Shown: positions 1 to 9,968 of the stretch, piece by piece
Position numbering within the stretch: the stretch's first letter is position 1
How the letters are laid out: the number at the start of each line of letters is the position of its first letter
Source: Nanobdellota archaeon
GTDB lineage: Archaea > Nanobdellota > Nanobdellia > SCGC-AAA011-G17 > JAFCDX01
Direction of reading: 5' to 3'
DNA: 56,583 bases
Assembly (NCBI GenBank): GCA_040753775.1
Contig: JBFMDT010000001.1
Location: 1 to 56,583, forward strand
Notes under the pieces: generated by a model
What the model was told of the DNA's origin: nothing
Database searches by the model: none
What the model saw: the letters and a program-made list of their open reading frames with translations, nothing else
Made by a program: the position numbers and the translations under genes

Positions 1-81
1 AACTAAATCATAAAGTTTATATATAACCTGAAACAAGTAGATTACTTGTACAGCCTTCATTTCTAGGGGGTTTAGAATAAA

Positions 82-1707
82 ATGACTCAACAAAACCAGC
101 AGCCAATATTTATACTTGCTGAAAACACGCAGAGAACTAAGGGGAGAGATGCGCAGAGCAACAATATAATGGCAGCCAAGCTAGTTGCAGAAACTGTAAG
201 GACAACTCTTGGGCCAAAAGGCATGGACAAGATGCTTGTTGATTCTATGGGTGATATTATTGTTACAAACGATGGTGTTACAATACTTGAGGAAATGCAT
301 ATAGAACATCCTGCTGCAAAGATGATTGTTGAGGTTGCCAAGACTCAGGAGAATGAGGTAGGAGATGGAACAACAACGGCGGTCATAATAGCAGGAGAGC
401 TTTTAAAAAATGCAGAAAGACTGCTTGAGCAGGAAATACATCCAACTGTTATAATCAGGGGCTACAGAATAGCTGCTGAAAGGGCCAATGAAACATTAGA
501 GCAGATGGCTGAAAAAATAAATGAAAATGACATTGACATGCTCAGGAAGATTGCAATTACAGCCATGACAGGAAAGGGAGCAGAAACAGCAAAAGAGATG
601 CTGTCTGACTTAATTGTAAGGGCTGTAAAACAAATAACAGAAAAAGAAAATAATAAAATAATCTTGGACACAAGCAACATAAAAATAGAGAAGAAGGTTG
701 GCGGAGGCATAGAGGATTCTGAGTTGATTCAGGGTGTTGTTCTTGACAAAGGCAAGGCCCACAGCGGAATGCCCTCATCTGTAAAAAATGCCAAGATTCT
801 TTTGATAGACTCTGCCATAGAGATAAAAAGCCCTGAAACAGACACAAAAATCTCGATAACAAGCCCTGACCAGATTCAGGCTTTTATAGACCAGGAAGAA
901 AAAATACTGAAAGAGATGGTTGAAAAAATAGCCAAAAGCGGAGCAAATGTTGTTTTCTGTCAGAAGGGCATAGATGACATTGCCCACCACTACTTGTACA
1001 AAAAGGGCATATATGCTGTAAGAAGAGTTAGCGAGTCTGATACAAGGCAACTTGCACTTGCTACAAAGGCAAAGATAGTAACTAATTTGGATGATTTGAA
1101 AAGCTCGGACTTGGGCTATGCCGGCCTTGTTGAAGAGGCCAAGATTGGGGATGAAGAAATGACCTTTGTCAGGGACTGCAAAAATGGAAGGGCTGTAACA
1201 ATTTTGATAAAGGGAGGAACAGAGCATGTAGTTGCAGAGGTTGAGAGGGCTGTGAAGGATGCAATAGGAGACATAGCAGCAGGCTTAAAAATTGGAAGGA
1301 TAGTTGCAGGGGCTGGCTCTGTTGAGGTTGAATTAAGCAGGCACATAAGAAAATTTGCAACAAGCCTTAGCGGCAGGGAGCAATTAGCTATACTAGCATT
1401 TGCAGATGCACTCGAAATTATTCCAAGAACCCTGGCTGAAAATGCAGGTCTTGACCCAATAGACATAATAGCTGAGCTAAAGGGAGAGCACGACAAGGGC
1501 AAGAAATGGGCTGGAATAAATGTTTTTTCTGGAAAAGTCATGGATGCCTGGAAATCCGGTGTTATTGAGCCATTAAAAATAAAGACACAGGCAATTGAAA
1601 GTGCATCAGAGGTGACAGAGCTTATATTAAGGATAGATGATGTAATTGCTGCTTCTGGAATAAACAAGAACGAGCAGCAAATGCCACCAAACATGCCTAT
1701 GATGTAA
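82..1707 (+). CDS. ths: Thermosome subunit (group II chaperonin)
   Basis: [24 protein letters not shown] and LRIDD motifs; TATA-like TTTATATA at 17-24. Confidence 0.97.
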   Translation: MTQQNQQPIFILAENTQRTKGRDAQSNNIMAAKLVAETVRTTLGPKGMDKMLVDSMGDIIVTNDGVTILEEMHIEHPAAKMIVEVAKTQENEVGDGTTTAVIIAGELLKNAERLLEQEIHPTVIIRGYRIAAERANETLEQMAEKINENDIDMLRKIAITAMTGKGAETAKEMLSDLIVRAVKQITEKENNKIILDTSNIKIEKKVGGGIEDSELIQGVVLDKGKAHSGMPSSVKNAKILLIDSAIEIKSPETDTKISITSPDQIQAFIDQEEKILKEMVEKIAKSGANVVFCQKGIDDIAHHYLYKKGIYAVRRVSESDTRQLALATKAKIVTNLDDLKSSDLGYAGLVEEAKIGDEEMTFVRDCKNGRAVTILIKGGTEHVVAEVERAVKDAIGDIAAGLKIGRIVAGAGSVEVELSRHIRKFATSLSGREQLAILAFADALEIIPRTLAENAGLDPIDIIAELKGEHDKGKKWAGINVFSGKVMDAWKSGVIEPLKIKTQAIESASEVTELILRIDDVIAASGINKNEQQMPPNMPMM

Positions 1708-1760
1708 AGTATATTATCAAGCATAAAAAAGTTTTAATAAAAGTTGTTCTTTACAATATT

Positions 1761-2063
1761 ATGTATGATGATAATGTCTATAACAATTTAATTGACTCTA
1801 TAATAAACAATAACTTAGGTTACAGTTCTCAAAATAGTTCTTCTGTGGAAAAGCTAAGATCTTATTACTCTAAAAAATTTAAGCCATTTCTGGAAGCAAT
1901 TATAAATGAACAGAATTTCAGCATAGAACACTTAATAAATTGTCTATCAAAGTCAAAGGATGAAAGGCATAAATTTATCTTGGAATCAATAAAAAGAGAT
2001 TTTGCGAAAGATATAGCTTTAGAAAAAACAATAGAAGAGATATTCAAGCCAGATAGCCCTTAG
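1761..2063 (+). CDS. Hypothetical protein
   Basis: 100-aa ORF filling the gap; no motif recognised. Confidence 0.6.
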   Translation: MYDDNVYNNLIDSIINNNLGYSSQNSSSVEKLRSYYSKKFKPFLEAIINEQNFSIEHLINCLSKSKDERHKFILESIKRDFAKDIALEKTIEEIFKPDSP

Positions 2064-2098
2064 AAAGCTTTTTATATTAAGGCATTCTTGCTTAAGTT

Positions 2099-2254
2099 AT
2101 GGCAGATGATAAAATAAGGTTGCCAAGCAGCGGTGGCGGGCTTGTAAGGTACTTTGAAGATTACAAGAGCAAGATGGAATTCAAGCCGCATTATGTTATT
2201 GCATTTATAGTTCTTGTGATAATAATAGAACTTGTGCTTTACAAGGTGTTTTAG
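2099..2254 (+). CDS. secG: Preprotein translocase subunit Sec61beta (not in ORF track)
   Basis: Hand translation MADDKIRLPSSGGGLVRYFEDYKSKMEFKPHYVIAFIVLVIIIELVLYKVF; GLVRYF motif followed by one TM helix. Confidence 0.92.
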   Translation: MADDKIRLPSSGGGLVRYFEDYKSKMEFKPHYVIAFIVLVIIIELVLYKVF

Positions 2255-2262
2255 TTTGCAAA

Positions 2263-2595
2263 ATGATGCCAAAAATCAACCCAAAGATGATTGAGCAGGC
2301 CATGAGGCGCTTTGGGGTAAAGGAAGAAAAGATAGAGGCATCAGAAGTTATAATAAAGACACCCGAAAAGGACTTGATAATAAATAACCCAAGTGTAAGC
2401 AAGGTCAACATGATGGGCCAAGAAACAATACAAATCATAGGAAATATAACAGAGGCTTCAAAAATATCTGGTGAGGACATTGAAATGGTTGCAGGACAGG
2501 CTGGTGTAAGCAAGGAGCTGGCAAAGGCTGTGCTTGAAAAGAATAATGGGGATCTTGCCAAAAGCATCTTGGAACTGAAAAATAAAAAAAGATAG
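2263..2595 (+). CDS. nac: Nascent polypeptide-associated complex protein
   Basis: NAC domain (MGQETIQIIG) plus UBA-like C-terminus (EDIEMVAGQAGVS...GDLAKSIL). Confidence 0.93.
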   Translation: MMPKINPKMIEQAMRRFGVKEEKIEASEVIIKTPEKDLIINNPSVSKVNMMGQETIQIIGNITEASKISGEDIEMVAGQAGVSKELAKAVLEKNNGDLAKSILELKNKKR

Positions 2596-2646
2596 TTATT
2601 ACTGCCAAACAACAAAATTTAAAAACTTCCATACCATATATAATTA

Positions 2647-3111
2647 ATGGAAAAATTCCAGGAGCATGCTTTATTAGCAAAAAGGGCCTTTCAAACAGCT
2701 GACCACTTGGCTTATGTAACATACCCATTATTAAAAGAGGTGAAGCTTATCATAACAATAACAGAAAACTTGTATATAGCAGCAGCTAATTTAATGGACA
2801 CTGTATTAGAGTATGACAGGCTGTACAAGAGAATTGATCCTTTGGTTAATGACTTTGAAATAAGGTTTGATGTTTTTAAGAATGACTGCGCTAAGAGACA
2901 TAACATAAACATGGAATTTGCAGGGCTTATACTTGAATTAAGGAATGTGATAAACTCCCACAAAAAAAGCCCAATGGAATTTACAAAAGGCGACAAATTT
3001 ATTATAGCATCCCAGAACTACCAACTAAAAACACTTACAATAGACAGCATCAAGAATTATGTTTCAAAAGTAAGAGATTTTTCTGCAAAAGTGGATTCTA
3101 TAACAAAATGA
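2647..3111 (+). CDS. Conserved hypothetical alpha-helical protein, paralogue of the next gene
   Basis: ADHLAYVTY motif resembles ADHLIYVSL in 3108..3563; overlapping stop/start. Confidence 0.75.
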   Translation: MEKFQEHALLAKRAFQTADHLAYVTYPLLKEVKLIITITENLYIAAANLMDTVLEYDRLYKRIDPLVNDFEIRFDVFKNDCAKRHNINMEFAGLILELRNVINSHKKSPMEFTKGDKFIIASQNYQLKTLTIDSIKNYVSKVRDFSAKVDSITK

Positions 3112-3563
3112 TAGATTACATAGACAGCCGTTATATAGAAAACAGCATTGAAGAAGAGATAAAAAGAGCGGACCACTTAATCTACGTTAGCCTGAAATAT
3201 ACAAGGACATGCGATGTTATTAAAAATGTAATTCATAGATTGTCAAACGTCTTTGATTTTGGCATAATTGAAATTCTTGAAAAGGAAAAGAAAAAAAACA
3301 AAATAAAAAGCATTCCTGGATCTCCATTGGCAAGAGTAAGCCTGTTAGAAAAATTATTAAAGGGCAAAGTAAAAAAATATATTGCGCTTTACATGATGCT
3401 CAGAAAGATTGAAAGGAGCGAATTCATAAGAAGGGACGAATACAGGAAAAATGTTGCATTGCTTGTAAAAGACGCTTCAATCGTGGTTGACATGGCAAGG
3501 CTAAAGGAGCTTTTTGAAAAAACCAAGGAATTTGTCAAGTTTGTCAGGGAATTTGAAGTATGA
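3108..3563 (+). CDS. Conserved hypothetical alpha-helical protein
   Basis: ADHLIYVSLKY motif; ATGA overlap with minD. Confidence 0.75.
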   Translation: MIDYIDSRYIENSIEEEIKRADHLIYVSLKYTRTCDVIKNVIHRLSNVFDFGIIEILEKEKKKNKIKSIPGSPLARVSLLEKLLKGKVKKYIALYMMLRKIERSEFIRRDEYRKNVALLVKDASIVVDMARLKELFEKTKEFVKFVREFEV

Positions 3564-4330
3564 CGCAGTTTTTAGGCGTATTAAGCGGGAAGGGTGGTGT
3601 TGGTAAGACAACATCGACAATAAACATAGCAGCTGCAATAAATAACTTTGGCAAGAATGTTGCTGCAATAGATGCGAACCTAACTACACCAAATATAGGC
3701 CTTCATTTAGGAGTTCCTGTTGTTCCTGTAACAATTCATGACGCACTTAAAGGCAAGGCTCATATAAGCGAAGCAATATACATGCATCCATCAGGAATGA
3801 AAGTAATACCTGGAAGCATTTCAATAGACGACTTGAAAAAAGTAGAGCCTGACAATATTGGGCAAATCTTTAGCGACATAAAGGAAATAGATTTGTGTGT
3901 TGTTGACAGTCCAGCAGGACTTGGCAACAATACTTTAGCTGTACTGAACGCTGTTGATGATGTACTTGTTGTTACAAACCCTGAGCTGCCATCAGTCACA
4001 GACTCCTTGAAAAGCATTAAGTTGGCTGAAAAATTCGGGAAGAATGTTATAGGTGTTGTTGTGACAAGAATGAGCGATAAAACAGACATGTCTATAAAAA
4101 ACATAGAAACAATGCTTGACAAAAAGGTTATAGGCGTTATTCCGGAAGACAAAAGCGTCAGGCATGCTTTAATAAAAAAAGACGCTGTTGTGCACACCCA
4201 TCCAAAAAGCAAGGCAGCAATAGCCTACAAAAGGCTTGCTGCAGAATTAATTGGCAGGCCTTACAAAGAACAGCCAAAAGAAGAGCCATTTTTCTACAGA
4301 TTATTCAAAAGCCTTGGGTTAATTAAATAA
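3560..4330 (+). CDS. minD: MinD/ParA-family ATPase
   Basis: Deviant Walker A KGGVGKTT, DSPAG, C-terminal amphipathic helix FFYRLFKSLGL. Confidence 0.92.
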   Translation: MTQFLGVLSGKGGVGKTTSTINIAAAINNFGKNVAAIDANLTTPNIGLHLGVPVVPVTIHDALKGKAHISEAIYMHPSGMKVIPGSISIDDLKKVEPDNIGQIFSDIKEIDLCVVDSPAGLGNNTLAVLNAVDDVLVVTNPELPSVTDSLKSIKLAEKFGKNVIGVVVTRMSDKTDMSIKNIETMLDKKVIGVIPEDKSVRHALIKKDAVVHTHPKSKAAIAYKRLAAELIGRPYKEQPKEEPFFYRLFKSLGLIK

Positions 4331-4491
4331 AAAGGTTTATATATAATAGATTTCTTAATTATATTATGAAAAGTGATTTTATTCATGGCGGTGCTGGAGC
4401 AGGCACAGGTTGAAGATTTATCTAGTTCTAATTATAAAAATATTTATAAACTGAACCTCAATTATATTAATAAATTCAAGGAGGTGTACAT

Positions 4492-4579
4492 GGCGGCATT
4501 AGTTTAGTGGCAGAACGTACGGCTGTGGAAAGTCAATTGCAGTTCCCGTACAACGTGGGTTCGATTCCCACATGCCGCC
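4492..4579 (+). tRNA. tRNA-His(GUG) with encoded G-1 and a 16-nt intron (4529-4544) at 37/38
   Basis: Acceptor GCGGCAT/ATGCCGC, anticodon stem TACGG/CCGTA, GTG at 4525-4527, T arm GTGGG-TTCGATT-CCCAC; BHB with central helix CUGU/GCAG and bulges GGA and UUC. Confidence 0.93.
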
Positions 4580-4590
4580 TTTTATAAAAA

Positions 4591-4746
4591 ATGAAACCTG
4601 AAATATGTGAAAATTGCTTAAGATGGAAAGAATTTAAGGGAAAATGCAGGTATTACTGGCAGAATAAAAAGGAATGCGGAAGCAAGGTTAAAACAGTAGA
4701 AGAAATGCTCAACTTAGACAGACTGAGGTTTGAGGGAAGGGTTTAG
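4591..4746 (+). CDS. Small four-Cys protein, possibly metal-binding (not in ORF track)
   Basis: MKPEICENCLRWKEFKGKCRYYWQNKKECGSKVKTVEEMLNLDRLRFEGRV; stop lies 1 nt before the hisS ATG. Confidence 0.7.
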   Translation: MKPEICENCLRWKEFKGKCRYYWQNKKECGSKVKTVEEMLNLDRLRFEGRV

Positions 4747-4747
4747 C

Positions 4748-5980
4748 ATGAACCTACAGGCATACAAAGGGATGCGAGAATTTTATCCAGAAGAAAAATT
4801 AATCCAGAACTATATTGTAAACACTTGGAGGTCTGTTGCATCAAGATATGGCTACAAGGAAGTAGAGTGCCCTGTAATTGAGCCATTGGAGTTGTTTACA
4901 GCAAAGTCAGGAGAAGAGATAAAAGAACAGCTGTACACTCTGACAGACAAGGCAGGAAGAAAACTTGCACTGATTCCAGAGATAACCCCGAGCATAGCAA
5001 GAATGGTTGTCCAAAAGAACATAATCAAGCCAATAAAGTGGTTCTCAATCCCGCAGTGCTTTAGATATGAAAGAGAGCAGCAAGGCAGGGCGAGATCCTT
5101 TTACCAATTAAATTTAGATATCTTAGGGACAGAGAATATACTTGCTGATGCAGAGTTGATAGCAACAGCAGTAAGGATAATGCAGGAATTCAAATTTACA
5201 AAAAGAGATTTCTATGTAAGAATAAGCAACAGAAAGATACTAAATAATCTGCTCAGGGCAATAGACATAAAAAATACAAAGGAAGTCTATAAAGTTATTG
5301 ACAAAAAATTAAAAATAAGCAAAGAGGAATTTGAAAAAGAGCTGAAAAGACTTAAATTAAACAACAAACAAATAGAAGAGCTAAATAAAATATTAAAAAT
5401 AAATAATGTTAAAATTCTTGGAAGTTATAATATTGATACAAGTGAATTAGAAGAGCTGTTTAACTACCTAAAATTTTATAATGTAACTGACTACTGTAAA
5501 TTAGACTTGTCCGTTGTTCGCGGCCTGGATTATTATACATCCACTGTCTTTGAGGTTTTTGACAGGTCCATGAAGTTAAGGGCAATTGCAGGCGGTGGGA
5601 GGTATGGTAATTTGGCTGATATTTTTGGCAAGGAGAAATGTCAAGGCGTTGGATTTGGAATGGGCGATGTTGTGCTTAAGCTATTCTTAAATGAGAAAAA
5701 TAAGCTGCCTATGCTAACAAGCGAGTTGGATTATTTCATTGCTATAATTGATAAGTCTTTTTTAAAGGATGCCATAAGGATTGCTGAAAAATTAAGAAAT
5801 AAATACAATGTGGAAATTAATTTTAGTAGCAAAAATTTGAGCAAGCAGTTGGACTATGCAAACAAGATTAATGCAAAAAACGTTGTAATAGTCGGTCCTA
5901 AAGAGCTCTCAAAAAAGAAGGTAAAGATAAAGGACATGAAGACTGGAAAGGAAAAATTAGTCAAAATAAATTCACTTTAA
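4748..5980 (+). CDS. hisS: Histidine--tRNA ligase
   Basis: FRYE motif 2, VRGLDYY, GGGRY, anticodon-binding domain; ATG at 4748. Confidence 0.96.
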   Translation: MNLQAYKGMREFYPEEKLIQNYIVNTWRSVASRYGYKEVECPVIEPLELFTAKSGEEIKEQLYTLTDKAGRKLALIPEITPSIARMVVQKNIIKPIKWFSIPQCFRYEREQQGRARSFYQLNLDILGTENILADAELIATAVRIMQEFKFTKRDFYVRISNRKILNNLLRAIDIKNTKEVYKVIDKKLKISKEEFEKELKRLKLNNKQIEELNKILKINNVKILGSYNIDTSELEELFNYLKFYNVTDYCKLDLSVVRGLDYYTSTVFEVFDRSMKLRAIAGGGRYGNLADIFGKEKCQGVGFGMGDVVLKLFLNEKNKLPMLTSELDYFIAIIDKSFLKDAIRIAEKLRNKYNVEINFSSKNLSKQLDYANKINAKNVVIVGPKELSKKKVKIKDMKTGKEKLVKINSL

Positions 5981-6162
5981 CGATTTTCAGGTATAATAAT
6001 GCAGCATAAAATATAGGCAATTATACCAATACCCATGCTAAGCAAAGTCCCTATAACCCAAAGAACCCTTATGGCTGTTGGATCAATATTAAGATATTCT
6101 CCAATGCCGCCACAAACCCCACACAAAATACGATTATTTTTTGATTTATACAGCCTTTTCAT
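5977..6162 (-). CDS. pspC: PspC domain membrane protein
   Basis: KRLYKS..NRILCGVCGGIGEY signature. Confidence 0.9.
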   Translation of the reverse strand: MKRLYKSKNNRILCGVCGGIGEYLNIDPTAIRVLWVIGTLLSMGIGIIAYILCCIIIPENR

Positions 6163-6404
6163 TTTTTAATTAAAACCAACAAACTAGTAATAAGCCCAAT
6201 AATCCTAAAAATATAGCCGAATATAGGTATCAGACCAAGCCCAGCACAAACCAGTTCTACAATGTAATAGTTTTTCAGTTTACTTGCCCTAGTCAATAAG
6301 ATAATTGCAATAACAAGAGCTCCAATCAAAAATATTGGACTAAGCATTGGAATCAAGCTTAGTGCAAATAATATAAGCATAATAACCTTAAGATTTTTTT
6401 CCAT
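6159..6404 (-). CDS. Small membrane protein
   Basis: Hydrophobic helices with LIP motifs; overlaps the pspC start. Confidence 0.7.
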   Translation of the reverse strand: MEKNLKVIMLILFALSLIPMLSPIFLIGALVIAIILLTRASKLKNYYIVELVCAGLGLIPIFGYIFRIIGLITSLLVLIKK

Positions 6405-6438
6405 AAATTACAAAACTAATATACCTATTTAAATCTTT

Positions 6439-6861
6439 TTATAACAAGCTTTTTTGATTTAATTCCCTAAAATAAAACTGTATATAAGGTTTTATAAGCT
6501 CGCCATCAGTTGTATAAGCTTTCCTATCGAGCATTAATATATTGAAACCATGGTAGTCATAAAGCAATAATTTAGTATCCCGGTCTAACCCAAGCACCAA
6601 GGAATCTATTGCTTCAATTAATTTAGCACTTGGGGCTAGATTTCCTATCTCTTCAAAAATAATCTTTCTATGATCTTCCAAAAGTTCTATAATCTTTTTT
6701 GTTAATTTATCGTTTTTTTCTCTTTTAATGGATTTGGCATATGGTACACACTGCCATGGAATCCAGCCCTCTTTAAACCTTTTATCATGGTGTTTACAAG
6801 AACCAATGCGAGAAATATAGTCTCTTTGGAATTGCTCAAAGGGGATATAATAAAATTTCAT
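6439..6861 (-). CDS. Hypothetical protein
   Basis: 140-aa ORF starting 4 nt after the scpA stop. Confidence 0.65.
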   Translation of the reverse strand: MKFYYIPFEQFQRDYISRIGSCKHHDKRFKEGWIPWQCVPYAKSIKREKNDKLTKKIIELLEDHRKIIFEEIGNLAPSAKLIEAIDSLVLGLDRDTKLLLYDYHGFNILMLDRKAYTTDGELIKPYIQFYFRELNQKSLL

Positions 6862-6865
6862 TTTT

Positions 6866-7585
6866 TCATATCTTTTGCAGCAGTATCTTTATCTCGCCAA
6901 AATGCTTGCTCTGGCTTAAGATTATCTTTTGCTGGCTGTCCAAATGCAACAGAGGAAGGAAAGTATAAATCTTGTCCTCTCTTCTGTCGCTGCTAACCAA
7001 CTGCGTAAATGTAAGCTCCTTCTGCTTTGTAAAAAATAACTTTATCTTGCTATAAACTTCCTTTATCAGTTCTGTTATGTCAATCTTTTTTTCCGGGATT
7101 TTTAGATTGGCAGTTGTTTCTATCTCTCTCAACCTTCTCAATGTCCTTTTTTTGTCAACTTCCAATGCCTTCTGCAAAGCGTCCATTAAATCCTTCAGGC
7201 CCACCTTTTTCCTTCTTGCTAATGGCGTTTTGATTGTCAACCTTGGGTTTTCCAGCAGCTTGATTCTTTCCATTTCTTCATTAAAATTACTTAGCTCCTC
7301 TGTCTCTCCTGTAGAGAAAAGCTGCGCATCGAAACCGGCAATATGCTCTGTCAATAATTTATTTGATTTTATTTTAAGCAATATGGCTGCTGCAAGTATG
7401 ACCTTTCCTGAAATGAAAAAATTCGCCTCCTTCATCTCCCTCAATGCCTTTAGGTACCTTCTGCTCAATAATACAATGTCTATGTCCCATGGGTCCATCT
7501 GCCCTGTTCTGACTAACTCATAAATAAGACTCTGCCATGTAACTTCATTCTTCTCCACCAGCATATTATAAAGCATATCTTGCAT
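6866..7585 (-). CDS. scpA: Segregation/condensation protein A (SMC kleisin)
   Basis: MDPWDIDIV, AAILLKIKS, FLPLLHL...Q..FGEI. Confidence 0.93.
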   Translation of the reverse strand: MQDMLYNMLVEKNEVTWQSLIYELVRTGQMDPWDIDIVLLSRRYLKALREMKEANFFISGKVILAAAILLKIKSNKLLTEHIAGFDAQLFSTGETEELSNFNEEMERIKLLENPRLTIKTPLARRKKVGLKDLMDALQKALEVDKKRTLRRLREIETTANLKIPEKKIDITELIKEVYSKIKLFFTKQKELTFTQLVSSDRREDKIYTFLPLLHLDSQQKIILSQSKHFGEIKILLQKI

Positions 7586-7658
7586 ATTTAACCAAAATAA
7601 AGCTTACTTAAATAATTTTCTCAGTAAACTATTTAAATAATAACTACTAAAGAATTGT

Positions 7659-9545
7659 ATGAAAAAAAGGGTGTATATGCTTCTCCTGTTGCTGATATTG
7701 CCTGTTGTTTCTGCTGAGCTGTCTGTTACTTCTCAATTAAGGGACACCTACAACATAGGCGACAAACTGATCCTGGAGGGCAGTGTAATTTCGGATGCAA
7801 CAGATGGAACTTTAAGCTTTATTTTACACTGCGAAAATACAAGCATACAAATAGCAGCGCAAACAATACAAATAAACCAAGAGACAGCCTTTTCCCAGCA
7901 GGTTCAGATTCCGGGCTTAATGAACGGCACTTGTAACATATATATTAACCTTATAACTAATACAACAGAAACAGTATCAACTTTCCAGTTTCTTATAACA
8001 AAAAGACTTGAAGGAAATTTTGAAATAAATAAAAATGAATTTCAGTTGGGCGATGATATAACAATAACAGGAAACATACAGAAGCTTGATGGTTCTGGGA
8101 CAACAGGCTCTGCTACAATATACCTAAAAAAGGATGGCATGAATTATAAAATAGAAAATGCTGATTTAAACAATAATTTTACTTACAATACCAAGGCTGT
8201 TGCAATACCCTCCGGGCAATACAGTGTAGATGCATCAATAGTAGACCAAAGTGGGAATGAAATGTACTTCACAGATGTACTAGCCTTTGCTGTTTACAAT
8301 GAACTTTATGTTAATGCCATTCTATCAAAAGACTCATATTTACCAGAAGAGACAATTAACATAAATGGGACTGTAACAAAAAAACTTGGATCAACCCCAA
8401 CTACAATAAATATAAAATTAACTATAGACAATAAGACTTACATCCTTAACAGCACCTCTTTTTCATTTAGCCTGAAACTTGATAAAAATATTAAATCAAA
8501 CCAGCATGAAATAAGTATCTATGCAGAGGATGAGTTTAGGAATATAGGAACAAAGAGCATTGGTTTTAATGTTATACCTGTTCCGACAAAACTGGAGTTA
8601 TTGACAGAAAAACAGGAATACCTGCCATCAGAAACAGCAGTGATAACAGTCAATCTTTATGACCAGGCTAATGACTTACTTGAAAAAGAAGCTTTCCTTA
8701 GGGTGATTAATCCAAAATACAAAACAATAACCAAGGAAAACATAACCACAAAGAGCCCATTTAACCTTAAGCTTGCAGAATCAGCATCCCCTGGAGAATG
8801 GACTATACTAGCAACGTCCGAGGGCTTAAATGCAAACCTTGATTTCACAGTTAAGAAATTTGAGGCAATACAAGCAGCAGTAAATGGCCAGATTGCAAAA
8901 ATAAAAAACATAGGCAATGTGAAATACCTCAACAGCGTAGACATTATCGGCAATGGAAAAACAGCAACCAAATGGGTCTCGCTTGATATAGGTGAAGAAA
9001 CAGAATTTGATCTGGCAAAATATTTTGATACAGGGACTTACAGCATAAACATAGCAGGCAACCAATTTGAGAATATAGCTGTAACAAATGATAAAAATCT
9101 TGTTGAAAAGGCTTTTGACAGGGTTTATGATGTAACTGGAAATGCTGTCTTAAAAAGCGAGGACTTTCTTATAAAAAATAACATTCCTGGAATTTTCTTT
9201 ATTTTTATACTTGCTGGGCTTCTTACTTACACAATATACAGGGGAGGCCTGATAATAAGGCAAAGGAGCAAGCTAGGCAGTGTAAAAAAAGAGATTAAAT
9301 ACAGCCCAAGAAGAGAGCCCGAAATTGAAATAAGGAATTACGGGCAGATACCATCTCCGAAGTATAGTTTTGGCCATGCAACAGAAGATGACATAAAGGA
9401 CTTCAAAAAGATAATGTTTAAGAAAGTAATGCCTGAAGAGGAAATCAAAAAGTCCTATTACTTTGAAAAGCCGCGAGAGCGCAGAGAATATAAAATAAAA
9501 GAAAGTTCGGAAGAAAACAAGGGTCTCTTCAGCATGTTTGACTAA
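7659..9545 (+). CDS. Exported, membrane-anchored beta-sandwich repeat surface protein with cytoplasmic tail
   Basis: Signal peptide; repeated K..Y.P/G(D/E)..I.G modules (MG2/Ig-like); TM helix near residue 510-530. Confidence 0.75.
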   Translation: MKKRVYMLLLLLILPVVSAELSVTSQLRDTYNIGDKLILEGSVISDATDGTLSFILHCENTSIQIAAQTIQINQETAFSQQVQIPGLMNGTCNIYINLITNTTETVSTFQFLITKRLEGNFEINKNEFQLGDDITITGNIQKLDGSGTTGSATIYLKKDGMNYKIENADLNNNFTYNTKAVAIPSGQYSVDASIVDQSGNEMYFTDVLAFAVYNELYVNAILSKDSYLPEETININGTVTKKLGSTPTTINIKLTIDNKTYILNSTSFSFSLKLDKNIKSNQHEISIYAEDEFRNIGTKSIGFNVIPVPTKLELLTEKQEYLPSETAVITVNLYDQANDLLEKEAFLRVINPKYKTITKENITTKSPFNLKLAESASPGEWTILATSEGLNANLDFTVKKFEAIQAAVNGQIAKIKNIGNVKYLNSVDIIGNGKTATKWVSLDIGEETEFDLAKYFDTGTYSINIAGNQFENIAVTNDKNLVEKAFDRVYDVTGNAVLKSEDFLIKNNIPGIFFIFILAGLLTYTIYRGGLIIRQRSKLGSVKKEIKYSPRREPEIEIRNYGQIPSPKYSFGHATEDDIKDFKKIMFKKVMPEEEIKKSYYFEKPRERREYKIKESSEENKGLFSMFD

Positions 9546-9566
9546 TTCTGCGAAAGATTTAAATAC

Positions 9567-9598
9567 TTAACTATAGTTTATTTGTTAACTATGGTTAA
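9567..9598. promoter_or_regulatory. Tandem palindromic operator TTAACTAT(A/G)GTT(T/A)A
   Basis: TTAACTATAGTTTA at 9567-9580 and TTAACTATGGTTAA at 9585-9598, directly after TATA TTTAAATA and overlapping the regulator start codon. Confidence 0.7.
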
Positions 9599-9968
9599 TC
9601 CGATAAGTCCAAAGTTAGTTCATCCGCAGGAAATTGAAGTTTGGTACATTCTTCCAGCCATAAGGAGGGAATTGGCCTTATGCATGAAAAATTTAGGCTT
9701 GGAGCAGAAGGACATAGCAAAAAGACTTAGTGTAACAGAGGCTGCAGTAAGCTATTACATAAACTCCAAGAGGGCTGCAAAAATAAATTTTGATAAAAGA
9801 ACCAAGCTGAAAATAGAAAATGCAGCAAAGAACTTATCTAAAAATAAGATAGGGCTGTTCAAGGAAATGAATGACTTGCTTAATCATATATGGAACAAAA
9901 AAATGGTTTGCAAAATTCATAAGCAATACAGCCTAGTTCCGAAAAATTGCGATGTATGCCTAAAATGA
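9591..9968 (+). CDS. HTH transcriptional regulator (COG2522-like) with C-terminal Cys/His motif
   Basis: PQEIEVWYILPAIRRELA, HTH QKDIAKRLSVTEAAVSYY, CKIH...CDVC. Confidence 0.85.
   Translation: MVNPISPKLVHPQEIEVWYILPAIRRELALCMKNLGLEQKDIAKRLSVTEAAVSYYINSKRAAKINFDKRTKLKIENAAKNLSKNKIGLFKEMNDLLNHIWNKKMVCKIHKQYSLVPKNCDVCLK

Noticed and set aside
2072-2272. 66-aa minus-strand ORF in the track
   Set aside because: It is the antisense shadow of the Sec61beta gene at 2099..2254
4478-4507. Strong SD-like AAGGAGGTG plus ATG at the 5' end of tRNA-His
   Set aside because: The frame stops after five codons inside the tRNA; probably coincidence or a vestige
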